NCBI GenBank assembly: GCA_013152085.1 | Contig: JAADHC010000052.1 | Location: 26,572-90,571 of the forward strand | Source: Chlorobiota bacterium | Lineage (GTDB): Bacteria > Bacteroidota > Bacteroidia > Bacteroidales > VadinHA17 | Length of the DNA stretch: 64,000 nt | Direction: 5' to 3' | In this document: piece by piece, positions 40,346 to 49,169 of the stretch | How positions within the stretch are numbered: the stretch's first letter is position 1 | How the letters are laid out: every line of letters begins with the position of its first letter | Program-made: the position numbers and the translations under genes | Notes under the pieces: generated by a model | Databases searched by the model: none | What the model saw: only the letters and a program-made list of their open reading frames with translations | Told to the model about the DNA's origin: nothing

Positions 40346-41193
40346 TATATAATCTTTTTTCCAATCGGATAAATTCCCAGCTCTCCCAGTCCCTCGGTAA
40401 AAGGACGGATTGCATGAAATGCCTGTTGGTAAAGTTCATAATCTTCAAAAATAAGATCTGCATAAAACTGATATTCCCACTCTTTTCCAACAACGGGTAT
40501 CGACTGTATCTTTGTCAGATTCATATTATAAAATGAAAGTATGGAAAGAATCTTCGAAAGGCTACCGATTTTATGAGATAGTGTAAAATAGATAGATGAT
40601 TTATAGGGTTTTTCTTCAATCTGATGATTGCCATTTTCACTCACTACCAGAAACCGGGTATAGTTGAGCGGATTGGTCTCAATGCCATCGGCAAGAACCT
40701 CAAGATTGAATTTTTGTGCGGCGAGTTCACTGGCAATGGCCCCGACACCTTGTAATTCTTTCTCCCCGATCTCCCTGGCAGATAAAGCCGTATCTACACT
40801 TTCAATAACACGGATACCCGGATATTTGTCAAAAAAAGACTGGCTTTGTAATATGGCCATCGGATGAGAATATACTTCGTGAAGATCTTCGGTTTTCTGT
40901 CCGGGCAACGCCACCAGATTCAAACGAATACGTAAAAATATCTCACCGATAATTTTCTTATTTGACTCACGCAAGAGATTATAGTTCGGTAAAATACTCC
41001 CGGCAATGGAATTTTCTATCGCCAGGATACCATAATCGGCTTTTCTGTCCCGCAGGGATTTAAAAAGATCATTAAAGGTATTCCTCGGAATAATCTCGAC
41101 TTCTTCCGGCTCAAAAAACCGGATCGCAGCAACTTCATGAAAAGCACCGAAGCCACCCTGTATGGCAATTCTTTTTTTTTGGTTAACGGACAT
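40345..41193 (-). CDS. pheA: Prephenate dehydratase (PDT + ACT domains)
   Basis: IAIQGGFGAFHEVAA, AIENSIAGSI, TRFLVV, then an ACT-like C-terminal domain. Its stop shares one nucleotide (TAATG) with the start of the next gene. Confidence 0.9.
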   Translation of the reverse strand: MSVNQKKRIAIQGGFGAFHEVAAIRFFEPEEVEIIPRNTFNDLFKSLRDRKADYGILAIENSIAGSILPNYNLLRESNKKIIGEIFLRIRLNLVALPGQKTEDLHEVYSHPMAILQSQSFFDKYPGIRVIESVDTALSAREIGEKELQGVGAIASELAAQKFNLEVLADGIETNPLNYTRFLVVSENGNHQIEEKPYKSSIYFTLSHKIGSLSKILSILSFYNMNLTKIQSIPVVGKEWEYQFYADLIFEDYELYQQAFHAIRPFTEGLGELGIYPIGKKII

Positions 41194-41226
41194 TCTCGGT
41201 TGGTTTAATTATTTTATGTTAAAAAA

Positions 41227-41250
41227 AAATCCCGGTTATAACCGGGATTT
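41227..41250 (-). terminator. Intrinsic terminator inside the 5' leader of the aromatic operon (attenuator)
   Basis: The - strand reads AAATCCCGGTT-AT-AACCGGGATTT followed directly by T9 (A-run 41221-41229 on +), only 27 nt upstream of the pheA ATG and downstream of the candidate promoter. Confidence 0.75.
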
Positions 41251-41277
41251 ACTATATATGTTTATATAATCATCCCG

Positions 41278-41328
41278 TCATAGCCGAACACGAAAATAAA
41301 AATAAGAATATGTAAAATCGAACAACAT
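41278..41328 (-). CDS. Candidate leader peptide MLFDFTYSYFYFRVRL (7 of 16 residues Phe/Tyr)
   Basis: My reverse-strand reading: atg ttg ttc gat ttt aca tat tct tat ttt tat ttt cgt gtt cgg cta tga. The stop abuts CGGGAT (41277-41272), which can pair with the 5' arm of the terminator. Confidence 0.6.
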   Translation of the reverse strand: MLFDFTYSYFYFRVRL

Positions 41329-41349
41329 GCTTTCTTTGTTTAAACGGAA

Positions 41350-41380
41350 CAAACCTATGGAATTTTTCAGATTTTGCAAA
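41350..41380 (-). promoter_or_regulatory. Bacteroidota-type promoter (-33 TTTG / -7 TAnnTTTG) for the leader and aromatic operon
   Basis: On the - strand: TTTG (41380-41377), a 19-nt spacer, then TAGGTTTG (41357-41350). The expected TSS is roughly 15-20 nt before the leader ATG. Confidence 0.55.
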
Positions 41381-41457
41381 ACAAACGATGATTTTTTTAA
41401 AATCCCTCTTTCATCACCCTTTTTATATTTAGGTATATTAGCAGAAATTTTTTTCGA

Positions 41458-42114
41458 ATGACCAGAAAAGAACGATATGAGGGGGTGATCGCTTATTTTC
41501 GGAAAACCCGTCCTGTTGCAGAAACCGAATTGCAGTACCGGGATCCTTTTCAGCTACTGGTAGCGGTTATTTTATCTGCTCAGTGCACTGACAAACGTGT
41601 CAATAAAATTACGCCGGCACTTTTTGAAGCATTTCCCACGGCGGAGGCTATGGCAAAAGCCACACCGCAGGACATTTTTCCTTACATTCAAAGCTGCTCC
41701 TATCCCAATAACAAAGCAAAGCACCTCGCCGGAATGGCCGGAATGATCATAGAGAAATTTAACGGCAGGGTTCCCGGAACCATCAGGGAATTGCAACAGC
41801 TTCCCGGTGTAGGACGGAAAACAGCCAATGTCATTGCAGCAGTCGTTTTCAATCAGCCAGCCATGCCGGTAGACACACATGTTTTCCGTGTAGCCGCCAG
41901 GATCGGGTTGACACATCATGCAAAAACACCGCTTGAAACGGAAAAACAACTGACAAAATATATCCCGGGAGAAATCCTTTCGCTGGCTCACCACTGGCTG
42001 ATCCTTCATGGCAGATATATCTGCCAGGCACGAAAACCCCGATGCGAATCGTGCGGATTACAGCCATGGTGCGCTTTTTATCAGAAAAAAGTCAGGCAAC
42101 GTGAAAATCATTAA
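41458..42114 (+). CDS. nth: Endonuclease III (DNA-(apurinic/apyrimidinic site) lyase)
   Basis: HhH-GPD motif LPGVGRKTANV and a C-terminal 4Fe-4S cluster loop CQARKPRCESCGLQPWC. Confidence 0.92.
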   Translation: MTRKERYEGVIAYFRKTRPVAETELQYRDPFQLLVAVILSAQCTDKRVNKITPALFEAFPTAEAMAKATPQDIFPYIQSCSYPNNKAKHLAGMAGMIIEKFNGRVPGTIRELQQLPGVGRKTANVIAAVVFNQPAMPVDTHVFRVAARIGLTHHAKTPLETEKQLTKYIPGEILSLAHHWLILHGRYICQARKPRCESCGLQPWCAFYQKKVRQRENH

Positions 42115-42118
42115 TTTT

Positions 42119-43015
42119 ATGGCCGTGAAAAACAGGAAAAAACATTTTATATTCATTCTGGCCGTACTGGTAATGATCCTTTTTCCGTCTGCCCTCCGCC
42201 ACCTTGATTTCAGGCAAGCCATGTATAAAAATGTCTGTAAAGATCTGAAAGATGATGTATTGGTCTATTTCGTATTCGTGGACACCAAAGAAACCAGCCC
42301 CTGGACCGAATTTGATATCCGTTCAACGCTGGACTCACTTAACGAAGCGCTACACTGGATCGAGGAAAAAGCTGCTGAAAATAAAGTGAAGCTTCAGTTT
42401 AAAACAGATTATTATATAGGAGATAAATACAGTACCATTTCCAAGAATCTGCCTGAAGGCACCGTTGAGAAATCGGCATTATCCCCTACCCTTCGTAAAG
42501 GCCTTCCCCGGCTCAACAGCTGGGCGGATTATATTGCACGGAAGGCAGGTGTTTCCTTTTATATTCCTGAAAAAGACGGTATCCCGGCCATAAAAGCACC
42601 CAGAAACAAAGAACGGCTTATAGCACTATTGCGTGACCAGTTCCAGGTAGAAAGCGTTGCACTGCTCTTTCTTGTCAACAATTATTACCGTACGGATATT
42701 TCCCTCCCGGTAAATATATTCAATACCGATGATGTGGAATTTTCCATTGTAAGCTATAAGTATCCGGCCGAATTCGCACACAATATCCTGCATCTTTTCG
42801 GAGCTGCGGATCTCTATAAAACACCTTACCGCAGGTCTGCATCAGCCATCCGCCTTTGCAGCCGTGAATTTCCCGAAGACATCATGCAGGATCCCTATGC
42901 CAGGGATCTCAAAGACCTTGATATCGGGGAATACACAAAATATCTGATCGGCTGGAGTGATATCGTTGATAATAAGTATGAAAAACTTTTTTATGACCGA
43001 TGGGTCTCCTTCTGA
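42119..43015 (+). CDS. Hypothetical membrane-anchored protein
   Basis: ORF 42008..43015. Start moved to ATG 42119 (MAVKNRKKHFIFILAVLVMILF, an N-terminal TM anchor) just after the nth stop. No motif recognised. Confidence 0.55.
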   Translation: MAVKNRKKHFIFILAVLVMILFPSALRHLDFRQAMYKNVCKDLKDDVLVYFVFVDTKETSPWTEFDIRSTLDSLNEALHWIEEKAAENKVKLQFKTDYYIGDKYSTISKNLPEGTVEKSALSPTLRKGLPRLNSWADYIARKAGVSFYIPEKDGIPAIKAPRNKERLIALLRDQFQVESVALLFLVNNYYRTDISLPVNIFNTDDVEFSIVSYKYPAEFAHNILHLFGAADLYKTPYRRSASAIRLCSREFPEDIMQDPYARDLKDLDIGEYTKYLIGWSDIVDNKYEKLFYDRWVSF

Positions 43016-43076
43016 ACCCGTATCCACATCCGGAAGACACAAAACAGGGATAAAAACGAAAGTTATATCAATAATC

Positions 43077-45281
43077 ATGGACAGAAGAATTTACCTGGAT
43101 TACAATGCCAGTACACCTATTGATCCCGAAGTTGCTGCAGAGATGCGCCCGTTTCTGGATAATTTTTACGGGAACCCTTCCAGCAATCACTGGTACGGAT
43201 TGCAGGCAAAAATCACGATTGAGAATGCCCGAAAAAGAGTCGCCTCACTGATACACGCGGAAAGTGATGAAATTATTTTTACCAGTGGCGGCACAGAATC
43301 CAACAATATGGCTATTCGGGGGATTGCCAGGACTTTGCAGCACAAAGGAAAACATATCATTACATCCTCCGTTGAGCATCCTTCCGTGCTGGAAGTGTGC
43401 CGGTTTCTGGAAAAAGAGGGCTACTCCGTAACCTACCTTGAAACAGACCAGACGGGTTATATCCATCCTGATTCCCTGAAAAAAGTCATTCGCCCGGATA
43501 CCATTCTGGTAACGGTTATGCATGCCAATAATGAAGTTGGAACCATTCAGCCCATATCCGACCTGGCCGCCATTTGCCGGGAACACCAGATTATCCTCCA
43601 TACCGATGCAGCCCAGTCAGCAGGAAAGATCCCGGCAGATGTCCGCAAACTTGGTGTCGACCTTTTATCCCTTGCCGGACATAAACTATATGGACCGAAA
43701 GGCATAGGCGCTCTGTTTATACGCCGGGGTGTGTCGTTAGAGAAACTTCTTCTGGGTGCAGACCACGAAAGGAATCTCAGACCGGGAACGGAAAATACAC
43801 TCGAAATAGCCGGACTGGGAAAAGCCTGTGAAATTGCCGCCCGGGATCTTGAAAAAAATATGATACGGTTCACAAAGACGACCGAAGCACTGTGGGAAGG
43901 CTTACACAATAACCTGCCACAAATCCGGCGTAACGGAAATCCGGACCATTGTTTGCCCAACACGCTCAGCATCTCTTTCCCGGACCTGGAAGCCAATCTG
44001 TTGGTTTCGGAACTGGAAAACATTGCCGTCTCGTCAGGAGCCGCCTGCCATACCGATAAGGTTGAAGTTTCACACGTGCTGGAAGCCATGCATATACCGG
44101 TAGAATATGCCATGGGAACCATCCGTTTTTCGACCGGCCGTCAAACCACACCCGAGGATATCATGGTTGCTGTTGACGAAATCACCAAAACAGTCAGACG
44201 TTTGCAACCGGTTAATGATCATATTGAGATTCCCGGGCAATTCTCCGGAGACATTGCCCTGACCCATTTTACGAGCGGGCTGGGATGTGCCTGTAAAATG
44301 CGCCCACAGGCACTGGAAAAAGTACTGCGTGAGATTCCGGTACTGGAGGATATACATACCCTGGTAGGACCTGAATCTGCTGATGATGCTGCCGTTTACC
44401 GGCTGGATGACGAACACGCCCTGGTAAAAACCGTGGATTTTTTCACGCCTATCGTGGATGACCCCTGGTGGTTCGGAGCTATTGCCGCTGCCAATGCCTT
44501 AAGCGACATTTATGCCATGGGGGCTTCTCCCCTCTTTGCCCTGAATATTGCCGGTTTCCCTTCAAACAGGTTGCCGCTTTCGGTATTGCAGCAAATCCTG
44601 CAGGGCGCTACCGATAAATGTAACGAAGCAGGTATTCCTATCCTCGGGGGACATACGATTGATGACAACGAACCTAAATTTGGCATGGTGATTACCGGCA
44701 TGGTACATCCCGACAGGATCATTACCAACCGGGGTGCACAACCCGGGGATAAACTGATCCTGACCAAGCCGCTGGGAACCGGGATTATTGCTACCGGGAT
44801 AAAAAGAGGACTGGTTTCACAGGACGAACAAAATAAGATCATGGAACTCATGGCCACCCTCAACAAAGAAGCAGCAGATGTTTTTATTTCACATACGACA
44901 CATGCCTGCACCGATATTACCGGTTTCGGGCTGCTGGGTCATCTGGGAGAAGTTACCCGCAGCAGCAAAACAGATGCAACCCTGAACCATAAGATGATTC
45001 CCGTCCTTCCCGAAGCAGAACGTCTTGGAAATATGGATATCATTCCGGGCGGCACAAAAAACAATATGGAATATACCGCTCCTTTTGTAAAATTTGCAGA
45101 AGATATATCTCCCCTGATGCATATCCTGCTGAATGACGCACAAACATCAGGCGGACTTCTGGCTGCCGTACCGGAAAATGAAGCCGAAACTACACTTCGT
45201 GAACTTAAAAAAAAGAATATTCCTGCAGTGATCATTGGTGAAATCACACACGCTGGTGAAGGTATGATTAAAGTTATTTAA
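43077..45281 (+). CDS. selD: Fusion protein: NifS-like cysteine desulfurase/selenocysteine lyase + selenide, water dikinase (SelD)
   Basis: ORF 42957..45281. Start moved to ATG 43077 (MDRRIYLDYNASTP). N-terminal half: PLP-Lys LAGHKLYGPKG and catalytic loop SSGAAC. C-terminal half: SelD motifs SGLGCACK (Cys/Lys site), DDAAVY, VDFFTPIVDDP. A single uninterrupted frame. Confidence 0.85.
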   Translation: MDRRIYLDYNASTPIDPEVAAEMRPFLDNFYGNPSSNHWYGLQAKITIENARKRVASLIHAESDEIIFTSGGTESNNMAIRGIARTLQHKGKHIITSSVEHPSVLEVCRFLEKEGYSVTYLETDQTGYIHPDSLKKVIRPDTILVTVMHANNEVGTIQPISDLAAICREHQIILHTDAAQSAGKIPADVRKLGVDLLSLAGHKLYGPKGIGALFIRRGVSLEKLLLGADHERNLRPGTENTLEIAGLGKACEIAARDLEKNMIRFTKTTEALWEGLHNNLPQIRRNGNPDHCLPNTLSISFPDLEANLLVSELENIAVSSGAACHTDKVEVSHVLEAMHIPVEYAMGTIRFSTGRQTTPEDIMVAVDEITKTVRRLQPVNDHIEIPGQFSGDIALTHFTSGLGCACKMRPQALEKVLREIPVLEDIHTLVGPESADDAAVYRLDDEHALVKTVDFFTPIVDDPWWFGAIAAANALSDIYAMGASPLFALNIAGFPSNRLPLSVLQQILQGATDKCNEAGIPILGGHTIDDNEPKFGMVITGMVHPDRIITNRGAQPGDKLILTKPLGTGIIATGIKRGLVSQDEQNKIMELMATLNKEAADVFISHTTHACTDITGFGLLGHLGEVTRSSKTDATLNHKMIPVLPEAERLGNMDIIPGGTKNNMEYTAPFVKFAEDISPLMHILLNDAQTSGGLLAAVPENEAETTLRELKKKNIPAVIIGEITHAGEGMIKVI

Positions 45282-45486
45282 ATAATACTTTCATTATTTA
45301 ATTTAATTATGTATTTATTTATATATTTTATTATATATTTATATATATAATTTTTACGCTATATCAACGGTATAGTAATATACTTTAAATCAGAAAACTT
45401 AGAATAAGGTAATATTTTTCAAGGTTTATGTTTTTTTTATATTAACGGATAAACGTTATTTTAGCCCTGAAATTCAGAATTGGATC

Positions 45487-48330
45487 GTGAAAAGACGTCA
45501 CATAACCGGGATAAGCCAGATGGATTCAAGCAAGAAAGTACAAGGGAGTATTGATGATTTCCAGAAGGTTTGCGAACGGTATTATCATCTGATCCGGAAC
45601 ATGCCCAGTTGTATTGCCATCTTTGAGCCGCGGAATAACGGTGAGGACTTCGTTTTCGTTGCTTTCAATCCTGCCGCAGAAAGAGTCGAAAAGATCAAAG
45701 AAGAAGAAGTTCTTGGCAGGGAAGTCCGGGATATATTTCCCGGAGTAGTGGATTTCGGCCTTTTTGATGTTTTTAAAGAGGTGTACCGTACAGGAGAACC
45801 GGCATTCCATCCTGTAAGATCATATCGAGACAAGAGGATCAGCGGGTACCGGGAAAATTATGTTTTCCGGATGCCCGGGGGAGAGATCGTGGCTGTTTAC
45901 GAAGACCGTACTGACCAGAAACAGCTGGAAGAAAAGTATAAGCTGGGGGAGGAAAGGTTTCGTAACCTTGCCGATATGCTGCCCGAGATGATTTGTGAGA
46001 CCAATCGCAAAAATATAATTACTTATGCAAATAGGCTTGCCCTGGAACGGTTTGAATACAGTGATAAAGATCTTGCCAAAGGGATACCCCTTGAAAACCT
46101 CATTGTTGCTGAACAACGTGATCTTGCCAGGCGGGAAGCATTACACCAATACCGGAATAAAAGTAAAATTTCACATGAATTTACCGCGGTAACCAAAACC
46201 GGGAAAACCTTTCCCATTTTTTTCAAGGTAAGTCCCATCATTACGCATGATAAGGTTTCGGGTCTCCGGGGAGTATTTGTTGACATAACCGATCAAAAGA
46301 AAACTCAGGAAAAACTCGAGCGTGAAACCATCTACCTGAACCAGCTTATACAGAGTGCACCGGAAGCCATCACCCAGACCTACAAAGACGGAACCATTAT
46401 CCGTATTAATGAAGAGTTCACACGCCTTTTCGGTTATACGGAAAAAGAAATCATAGGCCAGCATATTGACGAAGTCCTGGCACACGGAGATGAAAAGATC
46501 CTGAAAGAAGCAAATAAAATAACCAAATCTATCGGACAAGGTAAGCGCAAAATGATTGAATCCATCCGGTATCATAAGAACGGTACTCCGGTTAGTGTTT
46601 CCATACTGGGCACACCCATCACGCTACATAACAAAAGGATCGGGGTTTATGGCATATACCGTGACATCACACGCCGGAAACATGATCAGTTGATTACAGA
46701 GATTATGTTAAGAATTTCTGAAACAGCTCTGAAAGTCAGTAATCTCCAGGAATTCTTCAATGTTACCTGTAATTATCTTTCGAGGATTCTTGATACTACA
46801 AATCTGTTCATTGCGCTATATGACAGTAAGACAAAAACATTCTCTTTCCCTTTTTTCAGGGATGAGAAAGACCGTTTTGACCGGGTTCCTGCCAAAGGCA
46901 CCATTTCGGGATACGTGGTAAAAACAGGAAAATCCTTAATGCTCAAAGGAAAGGATTTCATGAATCTGAAACGTGCCGGCGAAATTTCCATGGTAGGCAC
47001 GGTTTCGAAGGTATGGCTTGGGGTTCCCATGATTGTTAAAAAAGAGATCGTCGGGGTTATCAGCCTGCAAAATTATGATAACGAAGATACTTTCAATAAA
47101 GACGACCTGAAATTACTTCAGATCTTCGCCAACCAGGCTGCCATGGCTGTTGTACATATCCAGTCCCAGCAGGACATACTCATGGCCAAAGAAAAGGCAG
47201 AAGAAAACATTAAGTTCAAGGAACAGTTTCTTTCTACTATGAGTCATGAAATACGTACACCGTTGAATGCCATTATCGGGATGTCCCAACTGCTGATCCG
47301 CAGTAAACCCCGTAAGGATCAGGAAGAATATCTGCAGGCATTACGTATATCGGGAGAAAGTCTTTTGCGGCTGATCAATGATATTCTTGACTACAGCAAA
47401 CTTGAATCGGGGAAAATGGTTACCGAGACAATAGCCTTTGATCCACGGGACATGATTAACTCCCTGCAAAAAGTCTTTGTATACCGGGCAGAAGAAAAGG
47501 GTCTTAAACTGATCACGGTAATTGAACCCGGAATTCCCGAACAGCTCAAAGGAGATCCCACACGGTTCACCCAGATACTTACCAATTTCATAGGCAATGC
47601 CCTGAAATTCACTAATAAAGGATCCATAACCATCGGTTTGGGACTGGTTAAAGAAACGGCGCGATTTGCAGACATCAGGTTTTATGTTTCGGATACGGGA
47701 ATTGGGATTGCTCCTGACAAAATGGAAAAAATCTTTGAAAGCTTTACCCAGGCTGAAACCGATACAACCCGGAAATTTGGCGGAACAGGTCTTGGACTGG
47801 CCATCAGTAAGCGGCTGGTTGAGATGTTCGATGGAAAAATTCAGGTCGATAGTAAACTCGGCAAAGGAACAACATTTAGTTTCATCCTTCATTTGGAAAA
47901 AGTGAAAGATTTGGCAGTAGCTTCCGGAAAGAGCATTATCGAACCCAGAATCCTTGCCGGTAAGAAAATTTTAGTTGTGGAAGATAATCCACTCAACCGT
48001 ATGCTGGCAGAGCGGTTCATGAAGCAATGGGGCATAAAAGTCGAATCGGCGGAGAATGGCAAAGTAGCCGTGGAAAAAGTTGCCAGGAAAGAATATGATC
48101 TGGTAGTTATGGATTTACAGATGCCGGTAATGGACGGATACGAAGCAGCCCGGCGCATAAGACAAATGGAAGATAAATCACGCAGTACCACACCTATCAT
48201 TGCCCTTACGGCTTCGGTGCTTCTTGATGTCAAATCACAGGTTTTTAAATACGGGATGAACGACGTCCTGATGAAACCTTTTCAACCGGAAAGTTTATTT
48301 AAGATCCTCGCCGAGAATATCCGGAAATAG
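45487..48330 (+). CDS. Hybrid sensor histidine kinase / response regulator (PAS x3, GAF, HisKA, HATPase_c, REC)
   Basis: PAS-like repeats with ..DITDQK/DITRRK ends, a GAF-like segment, H-box [28 protein letters not shown], and a receiver domain [27 protein letters not shown] start at 45487; ATG 45520 is the alternative. Confidence 0.88.
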   Translation: MKRRHITGISQMDSSKKVQGSIDDFQKVCERYYHLIRNMPSCIAIFEPRNNGEDFVFVAFNPAAERVEKIKEEEVLGREVRDIFPGVVDFGLFDVFKEVYRTGEPAFHPVRSYRDKRISGYRENYVFRMPGGEIVAVYEDRTDQKQLEEKYKLGEERFRNLADMLPEMICETNRKNIITYANRLALERFEYSDKDLAKGIPLENLIVAEQRDLARREALHQYRNKSKISHEFTAVTKTGKTFPIFFKVSPIITHDKVSGLRGVFVDITDQKKTQEKLERETIYLNQLIQSAPEAITQTYKDGTIIRINEEFTRLFGYTEKEIIGQHIDEVLAHGDEKILKEANKITKSIGQGKRKMIESIRYHKNGTPVSVSILGTPITLHNKRIGVYGIYRDITRRKHDQLITEIMLRISETALKVSNLQEFFNVTCNYLSRILDTTNLFIALYDSKTKTFSFPFFRDEKDRFDRVPAKGTISGYVVKTGKSLMLKGKDFMNLKRAGEISMVGTVSKVWLGVPMIVKKEIVGVISLQNYDNEDTFNKDDLKLLQIFANQAAMAVVHIQSQQDILMAKEKAEENIKFKEQFLSTMSHEIRTPLNAIIGMSQLLIRSKPRKDQEEYLQALRISGESLLRLINDILDYSKLESGKMVTETIAFDPRDMINSLQKVFVYRAEEKGLKLITVIEPGIPEQLKGDPTRFTQILTNFIGNALKFTNKGSITIGLGLVKETARFADIRFYVSDTGIGIAPDKMEKIFESFTQAETDTTRKFGGTGLGLAISKRLVEMFDGKIQVDSKLGKGTTFSFILHLEKVKDLAVASGKSIIEPRILAGKKILVVEDNPLNRMLAERFMKQWGIKVESAENGKVAVEKVARKEYDLVVMDLQMPVMDGYEAARRIRQMEDKSRSTTPIIALTASVLLDVKSQVFKYGMNDVLMKPFQPESLFKILAENIRK

Positions 48331-48364
48331 TTTTCCCCTTTGCAAAACGAATAATTTAAAACAG

Positions 48365-49141
48365 ATGAAAATCCAAATGGTAAACCCCTGGTCATTAAAG
48401 GACATGGTATGCCTGGTCACCGGAGCAACCAAAGGGATCGGGCTGGCCGTGGCCCGTGAATTTGCTTCTCAGGGTGCCCGGGTTATCATCACTGCCCGAC
48501 ATAAAAATGAAGTACAGGAAACAGCTGAAGCGTTATCATCGGATCATCCCGTAAAAGGGATTGTCGCTGACATGCACAACACGGAAGAATGCTGCCGGGT
48601 TATCGAAGCCATCCGATCCGAATACGGGTTTCTGGATATCCTGGTAAACAACGTAGGTACCAATATCCGGAAAAAGGTTACGGAATATCGTGAGGATGAG
48701 TTCCGGTTTATCCTCGATACCAATCTGAAATCAGCCTGGGATATGTCACGGTTTGCCTATGATTTACTCTGTAAGTCTGACTCTCCTGCTATCATTAATA
48801 TTTCGAGTGTTGCCGGACAAAATCACCTGCGTACCGGGGCCGTTTACGGGATGACAAAAGCTGCATTGATCCAGCTCACAAAGAATCTTGCCTGCGAGTG
48901 GGGCCCTGACCGGATCCGTGTCAATGCCGTAGCACCATGGTATATCCGCACTCCGCTGGCAAAACAGGTTCTGAAAAACAAAGCTTATGCTGATGCGGTG
49001 ATCTCGCGTACCCCGCTGGGACGCATTGGCGAACCGGATGAGGTTGCAGCGGCCGTTGCTTTTCTGGCCATGCCTGCAGCCTCTTACATCACCGGACAAT
49101 GTTTGAGTGTTGACGGTGGTCTTATCGTAAATGCCTTTTAA
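48365..49141 (+). CDS. Short-chain dehydrogenase/reductase (SDR) family oxidoreductase
   Basis: [10 protein letters not shown] cofactor motif, NNVG, catalytic YGMTKAA (YxxxK). Confidence 0.88.
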   Translation: MKIQMVNPWSLKDMVCLVTGATKGIGLAVAREFASQGARVIITARHKNEVQETAEALSSDHPVKGIVADMHNTEECCRVIEAIRSEYGFLDILVNNVGTNIRKKVTEYREDEFRFILDTNLKSAWDMSRFAYDLLCKSDSPAIINISSVAGQNHLRTGAVYGMTKAALIQLTKNLACEWGPDRIRVNAVAPWYIRTPLAKQVLKNKAYADAVISRTPLGRIGEPDEVAAAVAFLAMPAASYITGQCLSVDGGLIVNAF

Positions 49142-49169
49142 GAAACTTTGCATAAAGAGATACATCTAT

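Noticed and set aside
43547-44122. 191-aa - strand ORF inside the NifS-SelD gene
   Set aside because: Antisense shadow of a well-supported coding frame. It is Ser/Arg/Ala-rich nonsense-like sequence.
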